From positions 32,001 through 96,000 of IMG/VR virus record IMGVR_UViG_3300031963_011573: a stretch of 64,000 bases of DNA; one strand, 5' to 3'. The notes beneath the pieces are model-generated. The model did not search any database, had not been told where the DNA came from, and saw only the letters and a list, made by a program, of their open reading frames with translations. The position numbers were made by a program, and so were the translations under genes. Shown one piece after another: positions 58,197 to 64,000 of this stretch (position 1 is its first letter; each line of letters begins with the position of its first letter). This DNA is from a virus.

Positions 58197-60599
58197 ATGG
58201 CTCTAATCAAACCCGAACAATTACGCTCAGGGTCCTATAGTATAACGGGTTCCTTTAGTGGCTCATTTTATGGGGATGGTAGTAATCTGAATAATTTACC
58301 TATACCCTCCATTGATACTGGTTCACTTGTTACCACATCCTCTTTCAATAATTTTACATCTAGCTACTATACTGATAGTAGTTCATTTGAGGGAAGAGTA
58401 ACAGATCTAGAAAACTTTAGCTCTAGTTTAGATGCTAGCTTTGTATCAGAGGTTGAGTTTTCATCTTTTACAAGTTCATACAATACTGGATCTTTTACTG
58501 GATCTTTTACAGGTGACTTGACAGGAAATGCTAATAGTGCCACAAGTGCCTCATATGCTTTAACAGCATCTTATGCAGCAAATGTTCCATTAACATCCTC
58601 TTATGCTTTAAATGCTGAAAGTTCCTCATATGCTCAAACTGCATCCTACATAGAAAACGCTCAAACAGCCTCATATGTAGAAAATGCTCAAACAGCTTCT
58701 TATGTTGAAACAGCCCAAACAGCCTCATATTATCAAGAAACAGACCCTGTATTTACAGCAGTATCTGGTACATTTACTACAACTGCTTCATTTAATAGTT
58801 TTACAGCTAGTTACTACATTGATAGTGCCTCTATTGTAAATGAATTTGCTGGTTTAGCTGAAACAGACGAACAAACCATTGAACTTGATACGTTAACTAA
58901 CAAAATACGTTTAAAAGAAACGGTAGCTGCCCCTATTTCTGGGACACGCACGTTTGAAGGAAATATTATAGTAACGGGCTCTTTAAATGTTTTAGATTTT
59001 ATAACAGGCAGTTTAAATGGCACTGCTTCATGGGCAGAAAATTCTATAACTGCTTCGTATATAGAAAACGCTCAAACTGCATCATATGTTGAAAATGCTG
59101 TAAGTGCCTCATATTCTTCTACTTCAAGTTATGTAGAAAATGCTCAAACGGCCTCGTACGTAGAAAACGCACAAACAGCCTCTTATGTAACTTTAGCCCA
59201 AACCGCCAGTTATGTTGAAAACGCACAAACAGCATCTTATGTTTTACAGTCGGTAAGTTCCTCATTTGCCTCAACCGCATCATATGTTAACACATTAAAC
59301 CAAGATGTTTTAATTACGGGTAGTTTAACAGTATTGCAAGGTGCAACAATTTATGGTTCATCTTCATTTACGTATGTTACCGCATCTCAACTTGCAGTTT
59401 CTGCTTCATTTATTTCTGTAAATGTATTTGAGCCTGCTCAACGTTTTGGTGGTTTAATAGTATATGATTCTGGATCTTCTTTAGCAACTGCATCACTTGC
59501 TTGGGATTCATTACACAATCATTGGGTTTACCAAAATGTAAGTGGAGCTACTTATACTGGAGGTATGCTACTTTCAGGTCCTCGTAATACAGGATCTTTA
59601 GGTGATGAACCTACTTTAACACAATGGTTTATTCCACGTTCAGATGGTGGAGACCATTTAGATGACTCACAAATATACAGTTCAGGTTCAATACATATTG
59701 TAACAGGGTCTTTAACTGTAACAAATGGTATTACAGGTAGTTTAAGTGGAAGTGCTTTATTTGCCACAAGTGCTTCTTATACTTTAACAGCATCGTACGT
59801 TGAAAACGCTCAAACCGCATCATTTGTAAGTGGATCTATTGTAGCACCAGGATTACCTACTCAAATTTTATATAATAGTGCAAGTATAATTGCAGCTTCT
59901 TCTGAATTCGTTTTAAGTGGAAGTAGTGTTGGAATCGGAACTTCAACGCCAACATCATCCATGAAATTAGATGTAAGTGGTTCTGCTAGATTTACAACAG
60001 CCATCACTATTGGTCAATTAGGTAATAATGGCGAAATAAGCTTAGTTAGGAGTAGTACCGGTACCGTTACCGCTGGGATTAGAGCATCAGCCGGCGGTGT
60101 TGAAATTGGCGCTAACAGCTATATTAATTCTATTATACTTACCAACGGTGCAACTGGTATGCAGTTTAATACGTTCACAACAGGCACATCTCGTGCTGAA
60201 CGAATGCGTATTACTGATGGTGCTTTAGGTGTGGGCGGTAACGTTCTAATTGGTACAACTGCAGAAACAGGCCATCGTCTTGTGGTAAGCGGTTCTAGTA
60301 GCTCCGGCTCAGTTAACCTAGATAACACACTTTATGTAAGTGGAAGTAGAGTTGGAATTGGAAAAACAATCTTAAATTCTAGTTTAGATATTTCCGGATC
60401 TGCAATTATAACGGGTTCGCTTACCGTAACAGATGGTATAACAGGTTCTTTATTTGGTACTTCTAGTTGGGCAAATAATGCAACGACTGCTTCATATGTT
60501 CAAACAGCTCAAACAGCATCTTATGTTTTAAATGCTATATCTGCTAGTTATTCTACATTTGCAGTATCTGCATCATATATTGACGGAGGATTTTATTGA
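58197..60599 (+). CDS. Fibre protein with TASYVENAQ and [ST]GS repeats (800 aa)
   Basis: Many 9-residue repeats, VGIGT beta repeats, C-terminal IDGGFY. Confidence 0.75.
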   Translation: MALIKPEQLRSGSYSITGSFSGSFYGDGSNLNNLPIPSIDTGSLVTTSSFNNFTSSYYTDSSSFEGRVTDLENFSSSLDASFVSEVEFSSFTSSYNTGSFTGSFTGDLTGNANSATSASYALTASYAANVPLTSSYALNAESSSYAQTASYIENAQTASYVENAQTASYVETAQTASYYQETDPVFTAVSGTFTTTASFNSFTASYYIDSASIVNEFAGLAETDEQTIELDTLTNKIRLKETVAAPISGTRTFEGNIIVTGSLNVLDFITGSLNGTASWAENSITASYIENAQTASYVENAVSASYSSTSSYVENAQTASYVENAQTASYVTLAQTASYVENAQTASYVLQSVSSSFASTASYVNTLNQDVLITGSLTVLQGATIYGSSSFTYVTASQLAVSASFISVNVFEPAQRFGGLIVYDSGSSLATASLAWDSLHNHWVYQNVSGATYTGGMLLSGPRNTGSLGDEPTLTQWFIPRSDGGDHLDDSQIYSSGSIHIVTGSLTVTNGITGSLSGSALFATSASYTLTASYVENAQTASFVSGSIVAPGLPTQILYNSASIIAASSEFVLSGSSVGIGTSTPTSSMKLDVSGSARFTTAITIGQLGNNGEISLVRSSTGTVTAGIRASAGGVEIGANSYINSIILTNGATGMQFNTFTTGTSRAERMRITDGALGVGGNVLIGTTAETGHRLVVSGSSSSGSVNLDNTLYVSGSRVGIGKTILNSSLDISGSAIITGSLTVTDGITGSLFGTSSWANNATTASYVQTAQTASYVLNAISASYSTFAVSASYIDGGFY

Positions 60600-60628
60600 T
60601 GTATATTTATATAAAAATGAAGTAAAAC

Positions 60629-61225
60629 ATGTCTACTAGAACTATACACTGGACTGAAGATACTAAAACGATGATGATTCGAACGGATATTCCGAATTTT
60701 TTCATCGAGTTTAGCAATCAAATGGTTTATCGTATAAAAAATGAAACAGGTACAACTTTATCACCTGGAACAGTTGTGCGATTTGCAGGTTCTGATGTGT
60801 TTCCAACTGTTGAACTAGCAGATTACACATCATATATAACTTCTGAAGGTACATTAGGTTTATGCGGGCATTCAATTCCAAACAACACAGAAGGATATGT
60901 AGTAATATCTGGTATACTTAGAAACATAAACTTATCCAGTTTTTCAGACGGTGATGCAATTTATCTTCATTCATCTGGCTCATTTACCTCAACACGTCCC
61001 ACAGCACCTCTACCAGAGGTGTATTTAGGTACAGTAATGAAATCAGGTAGTGCTGGAATACTTAACGTAAACATTGAGTTAGGGTTTGAAATAGAGGAAC
61101 TACACAATGTTAAAATCAACAACCTTACTGATGGTGATGAATTGAGATGGGATTCAACTCAACAAGTTTGGAGAAATTTACCAAAATCAAACTTTTCCTC
61201 TTCAATTGATGGTGGAACATATTAA
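60629..61225 (+). CDS. Putative virion decoration/fibre-associated protein
   Basis: GTVV...GYVVISG...GDAIYL..G cement-like domain, LHNV...DG..LRWD...W repeat unit, IDGGTY end. Confidence 0.55.
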   Translation: MSTRTIHWTEDTKTMMIRTDIPNFFIEFSNQMVYRIKNETGTTLSPGTVVRFAGSDVFPTVELADYTSYITSEGTLGLCGHSIPNNTEGYVVISGILRNINLSSFSDGDAIYLHSSGSFTSTRPTAPLPEVYLGTVMKSGSAGILNVNIELGFEIEELHNVKINNLTDGDELRWDSTQQVWRNLPKSNFSSSIDGGTY

Positions 61226-61240
61226 TATTTATAAATAGAA

Positions 61241-62830
61241 ATGGCAGATAAAATATTACATAAACGCAGTTTAACCCCAGGAAGCATACCAACAACCTCA
61301 TCTTTAGATATAGGTGAATTGGCAATTAATGTAAATGATGGTAAACTATATTTACACCAATCAGGTAGCATTGCAGAAAAAATAATCACTGTAGGAGAAA
61401 GTGCCTCATATGCTAGTACAGCTTCATATGTTGAAACAGCTCAAACGGCTTCATATGTTTTAAATGCGGTAAGTTCTAGTTTTGCTGCAAGTTCTTCATT
61501 TGCTTTAACAGCATCTTATGTAGCGAATGCTTCAAGTTTTCCATTTACAGGAAGTGCTTTAATTACTGGTTCATTAGGTGTAACTGGTTCATTAACAGCA
61601 ACCCAAATTGGAGCTGGAGCTGCACCAAGTGGTTCAATTAGATTAGATGTAAGAGCATCAAGTTCGGCTGCAACTGATGTTGCATTTAGAGTTAGGAATA
61701 GTAATGATACTGAGAATATATTTGAGATATTAGGAACTGGGAAAACACAGTTATGCAAATTTGGAAATGGTGTAGGATATGCTATGCCTAATACTGCTGG
61801 TGTTGAAGGATTTTTAATTACAACAGAAAATACCTCTGTAAATCCAGCTGCATTTACAAGAAGTCATGTTTTATTAAATTCAACTGAAGTATGGATAAGG
61901 GGAGCAACTGATAATACAGCAAGAAATGTTGTTAAATTTGGTGCAGAAAATTATGGAGGAACTTTTGTAGATTGGAGTATTAGATCAATAGCTATTAATG
62001 ATGGTGCTTTATATTTTAATGGCGGAACAAGTACTGTAAGCAGGAGAATGTTTTTAACTGATTCTGCAACATTGAACATAGGAAAAGATTCTATGTTAAA
62101 TGTAAATAGTGGAACAAATCAATTAAGAATATTAAATGGAACTGCCCCAAGTTCATTAGCAGCAGATACATTTGCTTTATATTCAACAGATAGAAATGGA
62201 ATAGCCGGCAAAGCATCACCCCATTTCAGAACAGAAGACGGTACAATTGTATGGTTAGGAGATGAATCACGTTTATTTAACGTAACAGCATCTCGCACAA
62301 TTATATCAAGTTCACAAAATACTGCATCCGGTTCTTCATTAACCGTTTATGGTTCTGGTTCAGCCCAACCAGTATTTACAGTACAAGGTTCACAAGGTGA
62401 ATTGTTCTCTGTAACAGATAGTTTAAGCGGATCTTTATTTTCAGTAAACGATATTTCTGGTTTACCAATACTAGAGGTATTTTCCGATAATACAACACTC
62501 ATTGGGAACTATTTAGACCCAATGTTAATCACAACAGCAAAAGTAACCCAAACAAACTCAGGTTCTTTTGTGATGTACTCTTTACCTACCGCTTCATACG
62601 ATACAGCATTCTTTGAATACTCAGTTAAATCAGGTTCAAATGCTAGAGCGGGTACAATCATGGCTATCCAATCAGGATCTGCGGTTAATTTCACAGAAAC
62701 TACTACAACAGACTTTGGAAACACAAGTGCTATTTCGTTTACTGTAATAGTGACAGGTTCAAATATAGCTTTAACTGGATCATCCACAACTGGTTCATGG
62801 ACTATAAAAACAATTGTAAGAGGTTTATGA
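61241..62830 (+). CDS. Fibre protein with Mtd/hyaluronidase-type N-terminal domain
   Basis: KRS...IP...L.IGELAIN..DGKLY N-terminus; TASY repeats; dense SGS/TGS. Confidence 0.7.
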   Translation: MADKILHKRSLTPGSIPTTSSLDIGELAINVNDGKLYLHQSGSIAEKIITVGESASYASTASYVETAQTASYVLNAVSSSFAASSSFALTASYVANASSFPFTGSALITGSLGVTGSLTATQIGAGAAPSGSIRLDVRASSSAATDVAFRVRNSNDTENIFEILGTGKTQLCKFGNGVGYAMPNTAGVEGFLITTENTSVNPAAFTRSHVLLNSTEVWIRGATDNTARNVVKFGAENYGGTFVDWSIRSIAINDGALYFNGGTSTVSRRMFLTDSATLNIGKDSMLNVNSGTNQLRILNGTAPSSLAADTFALYSTDRNGIAGKASPHFRTEDGTIVWLGDESRLFNVTASRTIISSSQNTASGSSLTVYGSGSAQPVFTVQGSQGELFSVTDSLSGSLFSVNDISGLPILEVFSDNTTLIGNYLDPMLITTAKVTQTNSGSFVMYSLPTASYDTAFFEYSVKSGSNARAGTIMAIQSGSAVNFTETTTTDFGNTSAISFTVIVTGSNIALTGSSTTGSWTIKTIVRGL

Positions 62831-62831
62831 T

Positions 62832-63530
62832 ATGAGTTTTTCGTTTAGCCCAAAAATAGTTACAGATGGTTTAGTGTTGTATTTAGATGCAGCAAACACT
62901 CGTTCATATCCTGGAAGTGGTACTACTTGGAGTGATTTATCACGTAGTGGAAATAATGGAACATTAGTAAATGGACCGACGTTTAATGGTGCAAATGGTG
63001 GAAGTATAGTGTTTGATGGAACAAATGATTATGTTGCAACTAATTTAGGAACATTAAGAAGTTTAACAGGGACTAGAAGTACTTTAAATATTTGGTTTAG
63101 AACTGTAAATAGCAGTACTAGACAAGTGTTATTAGCTGATTGGAATTCAGCTGGTGCTCTAGAAACTGCTCGTTTAGAAATAAGTGGTTTTAATATATCA
63201 CCAAATAAAGTTGGGGGAACTATTAATGGGATTTCCAACTCAACCCCAGTACAATCAACAACTTCCATTCAAAATAACACGTGGTATTGGGTAACAATAC
63301 TCTATAATGGTACTAATACTCAACTTTACTTAAATGGACAACTAGAACAAAGTTTAGCAACAACTGAAAGAGGAAGTGATAGTACAGGCCATGTTGCTAT
63401 TGGAAGAGCTGGTGATTTTAATGGATTATATTGGAATGGAAACATTGCTAATATTCAAATCTACAACCGTGCCCTTTCCGCAACAGAAATCCTACAAAAC
63501 TATAACGCAACTAAAAACAGATATTTATAA
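62832..63530 (+). CDS. LamG/concanavalin-A-like domain protein
   Basis: PKIVTDGLVLYLDA..SYPGSGTTW.DLS, FDGTNDY, LYLNG, IYNRALS..EI.QNY. Confidence 0.85.
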   Translation: MSFSFSPKIVTDGLVLYLDAANTRSYPGSGTTWSDLSRSGNNGTLVNGPTFNGANGGSIVFDGTNDYVATNLGTLRSLTGTRSTLNIWFRTVNSSTRQVLLADWNSAGALETARLEISGFNISPNKVGGTINGISNSTPVQSTTSIQNNTWYWVTILYNGTNTQLYLNGQLEQSLATTERGSDSTGHVAIGRAGDFNGLYWNGNIANIQIYNRALSATEILQNYNATKNRYL

Positions 63531-63533
63531 TAT

Positions 63534-63794
63534 ATGGAAACACAATACCCAAACAGAGAATTCATGATATTCAACGTATCAGAATTACCACAAATTGATT
63601 TCACCCAAGTACATGAAACATCGGTAGACACAGTACGCAAATCCATCGATGAAACTCGTACATTTGTAAAATGGGATAGTGAAACACCTTCAAGTGTTGC
63701 TGCTTTAACAACTGCAGAAGGTCCTTACACGTACGAGGAAATATTAACTATTTTAGCGGGTCCTGAGTGGACAAGTAATGAGCCAATGCTATGA
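63534..63794 (+). CDS. Small acidic hypothetical protein
   Basis: ORF track; late motif at 63521-29. Confidence 0.75.
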   Translation: METQYPNREFMIFNVSELPQIDFTQVHETSVDTVRKSIDETRTFVKWDSETPSSVAALTTAEGPYTYEEILTILAGPEWTSNEPML

Positions 63795-64000
63795 GTACAG
63801 TACAAGGAAGTTGGAGAGGACCAAACATAGTACGAGATGGTTTAGTTTTATACCTAGATGCTGGGTCACCAAATTCATTTCCTTTAGTTAATCAAAGTAC
63901 AACGTGGAAAGATATTTCTGGGAATGCAAATAATGGTACCTTAACAAATGGTCCTACGTTTAATTCTGCAAATGGAGGTGGAATAGTATTAGATGGAGTT
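63791..64000 (+). CDS. Second LamG-type paralogue (3'-truncated by the window edge)
   Basis: MSTVQGSWRGPNIVRDGLVLYLDAGSPNSF...TTWKDISGNANNGTLTNGPTF. Confidence 0.8.
   Translation, partial: MSTVQGSWRGPNIVRDGLVLYLDAGSPNSFPLVNQSTTWKDISGNANNGTLTNGPTFNSANGGGIVLDGV

Noticed and set aside
917-63268. Numerous short minus-strand ORFs in the track (e.g. 4972-5385, 13307-13720, 43001-43483, 51976-52347)
   Set aside because: Antisense shadows of long plus-strand genes, with no motifs or promoter; only 54988-56172 and 56169-56729 are supported on the minus strand
1-64000. Stop-codon reassignment
   Set aside because: Genes are full length in the standard code; TAG ends several genes (13769, 22374, 29410, 50376) and TGA ends others
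1-64000. tRNA, rRNA or integrase/transposase genes
   Set aside because: Intergenic gaps are short, and no cloverleaf or recombinase motif was recognised by eye; tRNAscan-SE would confirm

Overview
AT-rich 64-kb segment of a large T4-related (myovirus-type) tailed phage in the standard genetic code. Nearly all genes are on the + strand. The host is probably Bacteroidota, inferred from TTTG-N19/20-TAnnTT promoters, the lack of Shine-Dalgarno sites and an Hc1-like histone gene. Gene order: gp55-like late sigma factor; baseplate block (gp5-, gp25- and gp6-like genes, a 1983-aa protein, a tail fibre with an S74 chaperone); GIY-YIG, primase and exonuclease; a ~14-kb accessory region; terminase, portal, prohead protease, scaffold and major capsid; neck genes; fibre and LamG-domain genes. 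Four patterns stand out. (1) About 15 unrelated accessory proteins share an N-terminal L-x-x-[LI]-[LI]-[KR]-E helix and often sit behind a late-promoter motif, suggesting a capsid-targeting cargo system. Candidate cargo includes an ADP-ribosyltransferase-like protein, a ParB/Srx-like protein and a HExxH peptidase. (2) A 7-kb cassette between the gp14- and gp15-like neck genes encodes a Ser/Thr-rich coiled-coil fibre, two LRR paralogues, a DUF2827 glycosyltransferase-like protein and a J-domain chaperone. (3) [ST]-G-S and T-A-S motifs recur across virion proteins and may be a glycosylation sequon. (4) The late-promoter motif ATATTTATA is the reverse complement of the T4 late promoter and often lies only 3-5 nt before the ATG. 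All family calls come from motif recognition by eye; no searches were run.
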